This document shows positions 38,194-47,603 of a DNA stretch of 64,000 bases, piece after piece. How positions within the stretch are numbered: position 1 is the first letter of the stretch; every line of letters begins with the position of its first letter. Origin of the DNA: a virus (lineage: Duplodnaviria > Caudoviricetes); the IMG/VR virus record IMGVR_UViG_2706795919_000001, positions 11,817-75,816 of that record. One strand, written 5' to 3'. Both the position numbers and the translations under genes were made by a program. Below the pieces are notes generated by a model. The model saw only the letters and a list, made by a program, of their open reading frames with translations, was not told the DNA's origin and did not search any database.

Positions 38194-39045
38194 GTGGTGG
38201 CCGTTTACCTGAGGGTCTACAAGCCGGAAGTTGGCACTAGCCGGGACGCGGCGCAGAAGTTCAAGTTCCCTGGTGGCGAGGTCCACCTTAAGAACGTCAT
38301 CCCGGAAATGAGTGGGCTGTCCTACTACGTGGCTGACGTGCGGGGCGCGGACCTTGACGACCTTATGGCGGCGGGGCTGTGGGCTGACATAGCGCACGAC
38401 CGCGAAATGCCTTTCGTCCTGTTCCTGCCTTACCTTCCGGCTGCGCGCGCGGACCGGGGCGAGCCGGGCGGCAAGTACATGTACGCCAAGTTCGTTAACA
38501 CCTTCGGCGCGGATCAGGTCATCACGATTGATCAGCACTCGCAGCTTGGTTACAACTGGTACGACGAGCTTAACGACCTGCCGTTGTTGCCGCTGCTAGA
38601 CCGGGCGCTTGAGAGCCAGGGGCACTGGCGTTACGACGGCATCATTGCGCCGGATAAGGGCGCAGTCGAGCGGGCTAACACGGTCGCTCAGCATTACGGG
38701 CTTGACCTGTACGTCGGCAACAAGTACCGCGACTTTGAGACGGGCCGCATCCTTAAGTACGAGATTGACGTTCCTAAGAGCGGCCAGTACCTCGTTGTGG
38801 ACGACATTTGCGACGGGGGTTGGACCTTTACGGAGCTTGCACGCGCGAGCGGCTTGTTCCAGTCGCAGCTTAGCTTGTGGGTTACTCACGGAATCTTCTC
38901 CGGTAACGCGCATGAGCTTCGGAGTTACTACCGGCGCATCTATACGACCGACTCGCATCCCGGCCATAACCGGGTGGGTGTCGCTACGACGATTGTGCCG
39001 ACTTTCACCTACATGCATGAGGCAATGGTTAAGGGGCTTAAGTGA
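38194..39045 (+). CDS. PRPP-synthetase-like protein (candidate ADPR-PP synthetase)
   Basis: FPGGE, PYLPAARADR, IAPDKGA, VVDDICDGGWTF, VTHGIFS. Confidence 0.9.
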   Translation: MVAVYLRVYKPEVGTSRDAAQKFKFPGGEVHLKNVIPEMSGLSYYVADVRGADLDDLMAAGLWADIAHDREMPFVLFLPYLPAARADRGEPGGKYMYAKFVNTFGADQVITIDQHSQLGYNWYDELNDLPLLPLLDRALESQGHWRYDGIIAPDKGAVERANTVAQHYGLDLYVGNKYRDFETGRILKYEIDVPKSGQYLVVDDICDGGWTFTELARASGLFQSQLSLWVTHGIFSGNAHELRSYYRRIYTTDSHPGHNRVGVATTIVPTFTYMHEAMVKGLK

Positions 39046-40517
39046 GCACGAAATTCGCGCCGGTTGCGGCGCTGTTCCAGACGGACGCGTACAAGCTGGG
39101 CCACATTCAGCAGTACGCGCTTAGCGGGAACGTGACTAACGTCTATTCCAACTGGACTAACCGGAAGTCTCGGCTGCCGGGCGTCGATAAGGTCGTTCAC
39201 TTCGGCTTGCAGGCTTACATCGCTAAGCACCTGATGGAAGCGTTTGAGCCGTTCTTTGAGGCCGACGAGGACACGGTTGCCGCGCTGTACGAGGAACGCG
39301 TTACGCAGATTCTCGGTCCTAACACGATTGGCTCCGGCCATATCCGCAAGCTGCACCGTAAGGGCTACTTGCCGCTCCGCTTCTGCGCGGTGCCGGAGGG
39401 GACGATGGTTCCTATCGGCGTGCCTAGCTTCACCGTGGAGAACACGGACCCGGAGTTCTACTGGCTGACCAACTACGTGGAGACGGGCATTAGCGCGGGC
39501 GTGTGGCAGGCCAGCACTAGCGCGACCATCGCTAAGCAGTACCGGCGCGTGATGATGGACGCGGCGCGGCTGACCGGCTCGGACCCGATTGGCGTTGACT
39601 GGCAGGTCCACGACTTCTCTTACCGGGGCATGTCCTCGCATGAGAGCGCGGCGGCGTCGGGCGCGGCTCACCTGTTGAGCTTCACCGGGACGGACTCGCT
39701 GGTGTCGCTTGAGTGGATCGACCGCTACTACGGCGGCGACTACATCGCTGGCTCGGTGCCCGCTACGGAGCACTCGGTGATGTGTACCGGCATTGAGACG
39801 GTAGGCGAGCTTGAGACGTTCCAGCGGCTCTTAGCGCTGTACCCGGACGGGATCGTTAGCGTCGTTAGCGACACCTTCGATCTGTGGCGCGTGCTGTGGG
39901 AGTACCTGCCGACGCTGCAAAAGCAGATCATGGCCCGTAACGGCAAGCTGGTGATCCGGCCTGACTCGGGCGATCCGGAAAAGATCATCTGCGGTGATCC
40001 TGACGCGCCGGTTGGCTCTAAAGAGTGGTACGGCGTGCTGGGCGCTCTCTACGAGCACTTCGGCGGCAAGCAGAACGCGGCGGGCTTCATTGAGATTGAT
40101 TCGCACGTAGGCGTCATTTACGGCGACTCCATCACGCTTGAGCGCGCTAAGAGCATCACGGACCGGATGACCAAGCTCGGCTACGCCTCTTCCAATGTGG
40201 TGTTCGGCGTGGGCAGCTTCACCTACCAGCACAACACGCGCGACACGTTCGGGTCCGCGATGAAGGCGACGTGGGTAAAGGTCGGCTCTAACACGTTCGA
40301 CCTGCTTAAGGACCCGGTTACCGACGACGGCACCAAGAAGTCCGCGACCGGGCGTCTGGCGGTGCTGCGCGATCTGCACGGCGAGCTTGTGCTTCTGCAA
40401 AAGGCTGACTGGATGGACGAATACTCGTCGGAGCTTCGTCCGGTTTGGGAGAACGGCAAGTTCGTCAACTTCCAGTCATTCGCCCACGTCAGGGGCGTGC
40501 TGGGGTCCTACTCGTAA
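39042..40517 (+). CDS. Nampt-like protein (candidate nicotinamide ADPR transferase)
   Basis: TDAYKLGH, HDFSYRG, PATEHSVM, SVVSDT, VIRPDSGDP, IYGDSI, KDPVTD. Confidence 0.93.
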   Translation: MSTKFAPVAALFQTDAYKLGHIQQYALSGNVTNVYSNWTNRKSRLPGVDKVVHFGLQAYIAKHLMEAFEPFFEADEDTVAALYEERVTQILGPNTIGSGHIRKLHRKGYLPLRFCAVPEGTMVPIGVPSFTVENTDPEFYWLTNYVETGISAGVWQASTSATIAKQYRRVMMDAARLTGSDPIGVDWQVHDFSYRGMSSHESAAASGAAHLLSFTGTDSLVSLEWIDRYYGGDYIAGSVPATEHSVMCTGIETVGELETFQRLLALYPDGIVSVVSDTFDLWRVLWEYLPTLQKQIMARNGKLVIRPDSGDPEKIICGDPDAPVGSKEWYGVLGALYEHFGGKQNAAGFIEIDSHVGVIYGDSITLERAKSITDRMTKLGYASSNVVFGVGSFTYQHNTRDTFGSAMKATWVKVGSNTFDLLKDPVTDDGTKKSATGRLAVLRDLHGELVLLQKADWMDEYSSELRPVWENGKFVNFQSFAHVRGVLGSYS

Positions 40518-40524
40518 ATTCAAG

Positions 40525-40570
40525 TGTCCGAGTTTCCGGACAGATTCGCGTCTGTCCGGACTCTCGGTGC
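40525..40570. promoter_or_regulatory. Two further operator copies upstream of the Pnkp gene
   Basis: TGTCCGAGTTTCCGGACA at 40525-40542 and TGTCCGGACTCTCGGTGC at 40553-40570, followed by TTGACT. Confidence 0.7.
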
Positions 40571-40602
40571 TTGACTAATTCCAGACGAGAAAGGGGGTCA
40601 GA

Positions 40603-41538
40603 ATGGCTCTGACTCTTACCGCGATGCGGGGATATCCCGGCTCGGGTAAAAGCACGAAAGCGCGTGAGATTGCGGACGCTACCGGGGCGGTAGTCGTTAA
40701 CCGCGATGCGCTCCGGCAGATGCTTCACGGAGCGTGGTTCCACGACACGCACGCTAAGGACGCTAAGACGTTTGAGGCTGAGGTAACCATTGCCGAAAGG
40801 GCAGCGGTTCAGGCTTACCTCAAAGAGGGCGTCTCGGTAGTGGTGGACGCTACGCATTTGGAGCCGCCGTCTTACCTCCGCAAGTGGAGCAAGCTCGCGG
40901 CGCAATACGGCGCTCAGTTCGTCCGCGTTGACGTGGATACGGACCTAGCGACCTGTAAGCAGCGTGACCATGCCCGGATGCTCGCGGGTGGCCGGTACGT
41001 CGGGGATCAGGTGATTGATCGGATGGCTAAGCGTCACCCGGTTAAGAACTGGCCGAATATCCAAGCGCCTCCCACGTTCGACCCGGTGCCGGTGGAATGG
41101 ATCGACGGTCTGCCTGAGGCGATCATCGTTGACATTGACGGCACGCTGGCTCAGATGGCGGGGCGCTCCCCGTACGACTACAGCCAGGTCCACACGGACA
41201 CCGTTGACGAGCAGATCAAGTGGCTCGTTAATGAAATGCACATGCGGAACGTCGAAGTTCTGATCGTGTCGGGCCGCGATTGCTCCTGCCGTGAGGCGAC
41301 GGAGGAATGGCTGCGCGTTAACGGCATTAGGTACGACGAGTTGCACATGCGGCCTACCGGCGCGGTGGATAACCACGGAAACAAGCTGCCGGATTACCTC
41401 GTTAAGTCCACGCTCTTTGACGAGAACATTCGGGGTAAGTACAACGTCCGCTTTGTGTTGGACGACCGTAATCAGGTGGTGGACCTGTGGCGCTCGCTCG
41501 GGCTTAAGTGCCTGCAAGTTCAGCCGGGAGATTTCTGA
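40603..41538 (+). CDS. Polynucleotide kinase/3'-phosphatase (T4 PseT-like Pnkp)
   Basis: GYPGSGKST, VNRDALR; HAD motifs DIDGT, SGR, LDDR. Confidence 0.93.
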   Translation: MALTLTAMRGYPGSGKSTKAREIADATGAVVVNRDALRQMLHGAWFHDTHAKDAKTFEAEVTIAERAAVQAYLKEGVSVVVDATHLEPPSYLRKWSKLAAQYGAQFVRVDVDTDLATCKQRDHARMLAGGRYVGDQVIDRMAKRHPVKNWPNIQAPPTFDPVPVEWIDGLPEAIIVDIDGTLAQMAGRSPYDYSQVHTDTVDEQIKWLVNEMHMRNVEVLIVSGRDCSCREATEEWLRVNGIRYDELHMRPTGAVDNHGNKLPDYLVKSTLFDENIRGKYNVRFVLDDRNQVVDLWRSLGLKCLQVQPGDF

Positions 41539-41720
41539 TGCCAACGATAAGCATTACGCCTAACGGCGTGCAGTTCCCGATTCCGGATTGTGACGCTGAG
41601 GTCTTTTACGACCCTAAGACGCGCACTCTCCTGATTGAGGGGCTAACGGATGAGGACCGCGTTACGACGCGGACCGACAGTAGGGACGGCTCACAGGCGG
41701 TCTTTATCCGGATCGCGTAA
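41538..41720 (+). CDS. Hypothetical protein
   Basis: TGATG overlap, 60 aa. Confidence 0.55.
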   Translation: MPTISITPNGVQFPIPDCDAEVFYDPKTRTLLIEGLTDEDRVTTRTDSRDGSQAVFIRIA

Positions 41721-42113
41721 GTGGAGCACCGGCTTACAGTGCCTTTCAAACGGCCACCCATGACCGCTAATGATCAGCGGCGCGCACATTGGGCCGTAGT
41801 TGCTAAGGCCAAGAAACAAGTCGGGGACGTAGTTGAGTGGCAGGCGCGGCGGGCGGGGATTAAGGACTTAGGTCCGTCCGTCGTGTCTGTCCTCTGGTAC
41901 ACGCCCACCAAGCGTGCTACCGACTCCGACTCGCTAGGGCCGTTCGTTAAGGGTGCTCTGGACGGCTTAGTAAGGGCTGGGGTCTGGCCTGACGACAACT
42001 CGCGTTACGTCAAACAGACCTGCATGGCAGTAAGTGACGGGGATACGAAAAACCCACGCATTGAGATAAGGATTAGAGAAGTTGGCGACACAGGAATTGA
42101 AGTGGTGGCATGA
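41721..42113 (+). CDS. rusA: RusA-like Holliday junction resolvase
   Basis: DSDSL..KGALDGL..GVWPDDN. Confidence 0.85.
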   Translation: MEHRLTVPFKRPPMTANDQRRAHWAVVAKAKKQVGDVVEWQARRAGIKDLGPSVVSVLWYTPTKRATDSDSLGPFVKGALDGLVRAGVWPDDNSRYVKQTCMAVSDGDTKNPRIEIRIREVGDTGIEVVA

Positions 42114-42348
42114 CGCGCTTTGCGCTCAGGTAGACACCGATCTGTTCTTTCCGGAAAAGGGTCACGGCGTTTCGCTCGCGCGGCAAGTCTGCAACCTCTG
42201 CCCGGTTAAGGCTGAGTGCCTTGAGGACGCGCTGGTTGAGGAATACGGCAAGTGCAAAACGCTCCGCTTCGGTGTGCGCGGCGGGACGACTCCTAACGCT
42301 CGGTGGAACATCGAAAAGCAGCGTGAACGCGAAGTGGAGGCAGCGTGA
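42082..42348 (+). CDS. whiB: WhiB family protein
   Basis: ALCAQVDTDLFFP..CNLCPVKAEC..GVRGG. Confidence 0.92.
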   Translation: MATQELKWWHDALCAQVDTDLFFPEKGHGVSLARQVCNLCPVKAECLEDALVEEYGKCKTLRFGVRGGTTPNARWNIEKQREREVEAA

Positions 42349-42665
42349 CCATAGAGGCTCTGCATTTGTCCGGTGCTCGGACCCGGCAGATTCCGGAGAT
42401 GGACATTCCGGACCTCCCAGGCGCGCTCTGCAAGGGCCATGAGGACCCTGACCTATGGCACCCCGGCCCAGGCGCGGGAGGCCGTAACAGGCGCGATCAG
42501 GCCGTTGCAATCTGCAAGCAGTGCCCGGTGCAGATGGCGTGTCTGCAATACGCATTGGAGTGGGACCGGGACCACACCTTTTTGGACCGCGTTCAGGGCG
42601 TGTGGGGCGGTGTCCCTGAGCCTGAGCGCCGGAAATTGCTTAAGGGGAATAAGGGTGCTGCTTAG
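42345..42665 (+). CDS. whiB: WhiB family protein
   Basis: ALC..CKQCPVQMAC..GVWGG. Confidence 0.92.
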   Translation: MTIEALHLSGARTRQIPEMDIPDLPGALCKGHEDPDLWHPGPGAGGRNRRDQAVAICKQCPVQMACLQYALEWDRDHTFLDRVQGVWGGVPEPERRKLLKGNKGAA

Positions 42666-42894
42666 CACGAAGATCAAGCTGGACTGCGGGACTCTGGACT
42701 ACTCCTACAACCCGGTCCGCGATAACCATTGCGTGAAGTTTCAGGCGGGCTGCACGCGCGGCATGTGGGTCAAGATGTACGACCTGCCGGGCCAGGTGAT
42801 TAGCGCTATCGCTCAGTACCGGGGCAATCCGGACGTTGACGCGCTGGTGTCCTGGCTCGCCGGTCAGGCCAAGCTCCCGCGCTATGGGCGCTGA
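42655..42894 (+). CDS. Hypothetical protein
   Basis: 3' part of ORF 42373; AAGGGG RBS. Confidence 0.55.
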   Translation: MLLSTKIKLDCGTLDYSYNPVRDNHCVKFQAGCTRGMWVKMYDLPGQVISAIAQYRGNPDVDALVSWLAGQAKLPRYGR

Positions 42895-43450
42895 GCCAAG
42901 GTGCCGGTCTGGTAAGCGGTGCGTTAGCCGTACGTCGGACGGCGCTGCCCTGGTGGCGCTCCGTCCGCTGTGCGACGGCTGCATAAAGGACGTGCAGAAG
43001 TGCTACGACGAACTGCCGGGTTACGTCGGGCTGCTTGAGCTTTACAAGGGCTACACGCCCGGCTCGGTCGGGCAGTCGAAGGTTAGTAACGGGTCCACGG
43101 AGCCTAAGTCTCCGCTGAACATGACCGTCATTGATCTGATCGGCCAGGCGCGCGCTCTGGTGGTGCGCGTTGACGGCTATCTGGTGCGGGACCTAATCAC
43201 GCTTAGCGACGGGTTAGAGATCGCGCTTGATATCCGCGATTGGCATTCCAAGGCTGACGGGATTATCGGCCTGCAAAGGGTGTGGGAGCGGCGGCGTGTC
43301 CCTTGCCCGGATTGCAACCTAGCCACTCTCGGGGGATGGCTGGGGGAGGACCGCATTTACTGCACTAACAGTGATTGCATGTCCGTTTTTACTAAAGCGC
43401 AGTACGAAGAGTATTGCTTAGCGAAATCGAAAGAGAGAAAGCGTGGCTAA
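42884..43450 (+). CDS. Cys-rich zinc-finger protein
   Basis: C..C..LCDGC and CPDC..CTNSDC. Confidence 0.7.
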   Translation: MGAEPRCRSGKRCVSRTSDGAALVALRPLCDGCIKDVQKCYDELPGYVGLLELYKGYTPGSVGQSKVSNGSTEPKSPLNMTVIDLIGQARALVVRVDGYLVRDLITLSDGLEIALDIRDWHSKADGIIGLQRVWERRRVPCPDCNLATLGGWLGEDRIYCTNSDCMSVFTKAQYEEYCLAKSKERKRG

Positions 43451-43826
43451 CGCAGCGATTCAGATTCAGGGCAACCTCACCGCTGATCCGGAACTGAGGT
43501 TCTTGGACTCTGGCGTGGCGGTCGCTCAGTTCTCGGTGGCGTCTACTCCCCGCAAGTTCAACAAGCAGACGAACGAGTGGGAGGACGGCGAAACCGTGTT
43601 CCTCCGTACGTCGGTGTGGCGCGAGCTTGCAGAGGGCGCGGCTGAGAACCTGCGTAAGGGTGACAACGTTGTCGTGATCGGCAACCTTAAGCAGCGCGCC
43701 TACGAGAAGGACGGCCAGACTCGGACCGTCTTTGAGATTGACGGCGAGTTCGTCGGCAAGAGCGTGCGTGCGCGTAAGAGTGGTGGCGGCTCTAAGGCTC
43801 CCGCTAACGACGGTCCCGGCTGGTAA
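43443..43826 (+). CDS. ssb: Single-stranded DNA-binding protein
   Basis: GNLTADPELRF..FSVASTPR..WRELAE. Confidence 0.95.
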   Translation: MANAAIQIQGNLTADPELRFLDSGVAVAQFSVASTPRKFNKQTNEWEDGETVFLRTSVWRELAEGAAENLRKGDNVVVIGNLKQRAYEKDGQTRTVFEIDGEFVGKSVRARKSGGGSKAPANDGPGW

Positions 43827-43850
43827 CCAGCCCCGGACCACGAAACTCTT

Positions 43851-44069
43851 ATGTCACACGAAAAGACTTCCGAGGTAGTTCGGAAGATTCATAAGGCCGC
43901 TCGCGTCCGGGGGATGGAACTAACCATTTCCCGGCGCGGGGGCAATCACACCATTTACGACTTAGACGGTCACATGGTCACTATCCCTAACGGCTCTAAG
44001 GTCACGCGGGTTGAGGCCACTTACCGCCAGTTGCAACCAAAACTCGGAAAGGGCTGGTGGCGGGAGTGA
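43851..44069 (+). CDS. HicA-like toxin
   Basis: 72 aa; RRGGNHTIY..VTIP. Confidence 0.6.
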   Translation: MSHEKTSEVVRKIHKAARVRGMELTISRRGGNHTIYDLDGHMVTIPNGSKVTRVEATYRQLQPKLGKGWWRE

Positions 44070-44398
44070 CCGTTTACCGCAATCGCCAGGGCAGCGGGTT
44101 GTTCATCGTCTTTAAGTACATAGACGGCGAGCTTGATACCGGCAGCTATACCGGCAGCTATGCGCGTAAGCCACCGGCCCGCACATACAACACGCCCGGC
44201 CAGGCTAAGGCGCAGTGGAACCGGTTCATTAAGGACGGTTACGGCGCGCGCGCGGCAGAAATCGGCTTTGACGAGAGCGGCCAGCCATTCATCCGCTTCA
44301 TTGACGAAGAGTGGACGCCCACCGTCGAGCTTTGCAAGTACAGCAAGTACGGCAAGACCTGCAAGTTAAAGAAAGATCACGAAGGGATTCACCAGTGA
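44057..44398 (+). CDS. Hypothetical protein
   Basis: 113 aa, in operon. Confidence 0.6.
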   Translation: MAGVTVYRNRQGSGLFIVFKYIDGELDTGSYTGSYARKPPARTYNTPGQAKAQWNRFIKDGYGARAAEIGFDESGQPFIRFIDEEWTPTVELCKYSKYGKTCKLKKDHEGIHQ

Positions 44399-45693
44399 GC
44401 TTCGACGCGCCGGAGAACGTTAACTACGCGGCGACCATCGTTAAGCTGCCTGAGCCTCAGGCGGTGCCGGGGCTGGACAAGCTCGTCGGTATCCCGATGT
44501 TCGGGTACCAGGCGCTAACGCAGAAGGACTCCGCTAAGGCGGGGGACCTCCGGGTGCTGTTCGTCGCGGAGACGCAGCTTGACCATGAGTATGCGAGCGC
44601 CAACAACCTGTACCGGGAGGCGACCCTTAACGAGGACGCTACGCAGACCGGCTACCTAGAGCAGAACGCTCGGGTTAAGGCGATCCGGCTCCGTAAGAAC
44701 CAGTCCGACTGTCTGCTGATGCCGCTTGAGTCGCTGGCCTACACCGGCTACGACGTGAGCACGCTCAAGGTGGGGGACACGTTCGACAAGCTGAACGGCC
44801 ACGTCATTTGCCGTAAGTACATTCCCGCTGGTCAGCGCACCGCCGGCTCGGTTGCTGGGGCGCCCAAGATTCGGCAGCGGGTTGACCAGAAGTTGTTCCC
44901 GATGCATCTGGACACGGAGCACCTGTTCCGGAACCTCCAATGGTTCCGTAAGCCCCGCTACGTCGTCATCACGCAGAAGTTGCATGGGACTAGCTGGCGC
45001 GGCGGGAACGTGCCTGTGCGGCGCGATAAGGGCCGTTTGGAGCGCCTTGTGAACCGGCTGGGGATCAAGACTCCGGACACGGAGTACGAGCATGTGTTCG
45101 GCTCGCGTCGGGTGGTCAAGGGCAAGAGCACCGACAACCACTACTACGAGTCCGATCTGTGGACCGACTACGGGCAGAAGCTCTTGGGGCTTATCCCTAA
45201 GAACTTCATGGTCTACGGCGAGCTAATCGGGTGGGTGGACGACCAGTCCCCGATTCAGAAGGGCTACACGTACAACCTCCTGCCGGGCACCGCTGAGCTT
45301 TACGTGTACCGGGTGGCGACGGTTAACGAGGACGGCGTTATCGCTGACCTGTCCTGGGAGGGCGTTAAGGACTTCTGCCGGTCGCTTGGGCTTAAGTGGA
45401 CGCCTGAGCTTTGGGCTGGGATCGAATGCGCGCCGCAGTCGGTAGACGATGAGAGCTTCGTTTCCGGCTACCAGTTGGACTACTTGGACGTGCGGTTCAC
45501 CGACAGTCCGGGTGCTGAGCATTTCAACGAGGCTCCGGTGCCGCTTAGCAACGCTAAGACGGTAGACGAGGGCATTTGCGTGCGGATTGAGGGTCAGATT
45601 CCGCGCGTGTTCAAAGCCAAGTCGCCCCTGTTCTTGGAACACGAGACTAAGGCGCTTGACAACAATGAGGTCGATTTGGAGGCCGCTGCTTAA
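44395..45693 (+). CDS. RNA ligase (Rnl2/DRB0094-like)
   Basis: N-terminal OB-like region; QKLHGTS, YGELIG, EGICVR, FKAKS. Confidence 0.88.
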   Translation: MSFDAPENVNYAATIVKLPEPQAVPGLDKLVGIPMFGYQALTQKDSAKAGDLRVLFVAETQLDHEYASANNLYREATLNEDATQTGYLEQNARVKAIRLRKNQSDCLLMPLESLAYTGYDVSTLKVGDTFDKLNGHVICRKYIPAGQRTAGSVAGAPKIRQRVDQKLFPMHLDTEHLFRNLQWFRKPRYVVITQKLHGTSWRGGNVPVRRDKGRLERLVNRLGIKTPDTEYEHVFGSRRVVKGKSTDNHYYESDLWTDYGQKLLGLIPKNFMVYGELIGWVDDQSPIQKGYTYNLLPGTAELYVYRVATVNEDGVIADLSWEGVKDFCRSLGLKWTPELWAGIECAPQSVDDESFVSGYQLDYLDVRFTDSPGAEHFNEAPVPLSNAKTVDEGICVRIEGQIPRVFKAKSPLFLEHETKALDNNEVDLEAAA

Positions 45694-46346
45694 TGACTAC
45701 TGACTACAAAGAGGAAATCAAGGCTTACCGGCTGCGCGAGCTTAAGGCTAAGGCTGAGCTTGCGGAGTTGCACGCGGCTCAGGCTTCGCGCCAGGAGGCC
45801 CATTTCCTAGCGACTGATGACATGGTGCGTAAGCACTACTTCATTGGTGGCGTGGACTCTAAGAACGTGGCTGACTGCGCTCAGCACTTGGAGTTCTGGC
45901 ACCGGATCGACCCGACGTGCGACATGACCATTGAGATTCACTCGGGCGGCGGCTCGGCGTTGGCGGGGATCAACCTGTTTGAGCACCTGACCCGCTACAG
46001 CTTGCAGGGCGGCGGGACGCACAAGCTGACCATGCATGTGTGCGGCCTGGCTGCCTCTATGGCGACGGTGCTGGTGCAGGCTGCCGACGAGCGCGTCATT
46101 GGGCCGGAGTCGTGGTTCATGGTGCATGAACTGTCGGGCCAGACGGCGGGCAAGATCGGTGAGCTTGAGGACACGATGAGCTTCTACCGGCGTCTTAACG
46201 ACCGTATTGGCGAAATCTATGTGGCCCGGTCGGGCGGCAAGTTGTCCCCGGAGGGCTTTAAGGCTCTGTGGACGCGGCAGGACGTGTGGCTTACGCCCAC
46301 TCAGGCGCTTGACTTCGGCATGGTGGATCGGATTGGAGGCGTTTAA
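45693..46346 (+). CDS. ClpP-like protease
   Basis: IHSGGGS, GLAASMA, FMVHE, DVWLT..AL.FG.VD. Confidence 0.9.
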   Translation: MTTDYKEEIKAYRLRELKAKAELAELHAAQASRQEAHFLATDDMVRKHYFIGGVDSKNVADCAQHLEFWHRIDPTCDMTIEIHSGGGSALAGINLFEHLTRYSLQGGGTHKLTMHVCGLAASMATVLVQAADERVIGPESWFMVHELSGQTAGKIGELEDTMSFYRRLNDRIGEIYVARSGGKLSPEGFKALWTRQDVWLTPTQALDFGMVDRIGGV

Positions 46347-46891
46347 TGAGCTTTAAGGCTCCTACCCTGAGGGACCAGGGCGCGTACTCGGTGCAGCCGC
46401 ATGAGGTCGCGTTCGCGCCTGCGGCTCCGGTGTCGCAGCCGGTGTCCAAGATCAAGGCGATTAAGGCGGCGCGCGATGCCGTCGAGCGGAACGGCTTCGG
46501 CAACCGGCTCGGCCTTAAGGACGCTAAGGACGCGGTTGAGGCCGTGTTCCAGTCCATTGAGGACCAGGGGTTCAAGCTCGTTGACTCGCCGGTCGGTGAG
46601 GATGAGGTTGTCCTGAGCGATGCGGAGACTAAGGCGGCGCGTAAGGCGCTCGTCCAGGTCCACGCTAACGCGGACGTGAAGCTGGCGGCGGTGCTGGCGG
46701 CGATCAACACCATTCGCAACAACGATCCGGTGGGCACGCTGCGTAAGAACAGCAAGGGCCAGTACGCGTTCTCCTACGAGCCGGGTAAGTGGCTGCTGAT
46801 CGACGTTGACAAGCCCGCTTACCGGGCTGAGGAATCCCCGGCGCAGAGCGCGGCCATTCAGGGTTCGTGGGCGCTGATCGCTAAGGGCTAA
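46346..46891 (+). CDS. Protein with ribosomal bL12 C-terminal-like domain
   Basis: KIKAIKAARD..LGLKDAKDAVE. Confidence 0.65.
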   Translation: MSFKAPTLRDQGAYSVQPHEVAFAPAAPVSQPVSKIKAIKAARDAVERNGFGNRLGLKDAKDAVEAVFQSIEDQGFKLVDSPVGEDEVVLSDAETKAARKALVQVHANADVKLAAVLAAINTIRNNDPVGTLRKNSKGQYAFSYEPGKWLLIDVDKPAYRAEESPAQSAAIQGSWALIAKG

Positions 46892-46992
46892 GTGGCTGCC
46901 GTTCTTGTCGGCGCGATGGTGGGGGTGCTCTTTCTACTGATCATCCCCGCCATCGTTGTCGGCCTACTAGTGCTGATAAGGGACTTATTCAG

Positions 46993-47223
46993 ATGAGTTA
47001 CACATTGCTTGCCGGGTCGCGTGACGGCCTGGCCCTGGTGATGCATGAGGGCGGCGAGACTTACCGCTACAACCTGAACGGCAACGTCGTCTTTTACCAG
47101 CTTGCGGACCACGCAGGGGCGTTCTGGCCCGGCGAGTCTGAGACGTGGCATTACGTCGGTAAGACGTTCGATTCCGTGCAGCAGATGCAGGTGTGGTGGC
47201 GATACGAACGGACGGGTGTCTAA
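46993..47223 (+). CDS. Hypothetical protein
   Basis: 76 aa. Confidence 0.55.
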   Translation: MSYTLLAGSRDGLALVMHEGGETYRYNLNGNVVFYQLADHAGAFWPGESETWHYVGKTFDSVQQMQVWWRYERTGV

Positions 47224-47554
47224 GTGGCCTTGGCCGTCAGATACTAAGGACGACCGGTACCGGAGGATCATTGATCACTACCGGTCGGCCTTAGCTGATA
47301 TCGACCTAGAGGCTTGCTTGACAGTCGATAAGAAGATGGCCGATTACGGGCAGCCGTGGGTGTCCGATAACTCCGTCGTGGACGTTAACGAAATGCTGAG
47401 CGCTCGCCAATTCGCGGAGCGGTTCGGTATCTCGGAATGGGACGTGAGGAATTGGGCTAAGCGGTACCCGGACAAGATACGCAAGCATAAGGCGGCGAAT
47501 GGTCGGACCCTCTTTAGGGTGGGCGACGTACTTACGTACAACGCGACTCGCTAA
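47216..47554 (+). CDS. HTH DNA-binding protein
   Basis: LSARQFAERFGISEWDVRNWAKR..FRVGDV. Confidence 0.75.
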   Translation: MSKWPWPSDTKDDRYRRIIDHYRSALADIDLEACLTVDKKMADYGQPWVSDNSVVDVNEMLSARQFAERFGISEWDVRNWAKRYPDKIRKHKAANGRTLFRVGDVLTYNATR

Positions 47555-47603
47555 AGGGAACTCTTGGTCATGATTTAATTAAAGAGGGGAAAAGTGTATC
47601 TAA

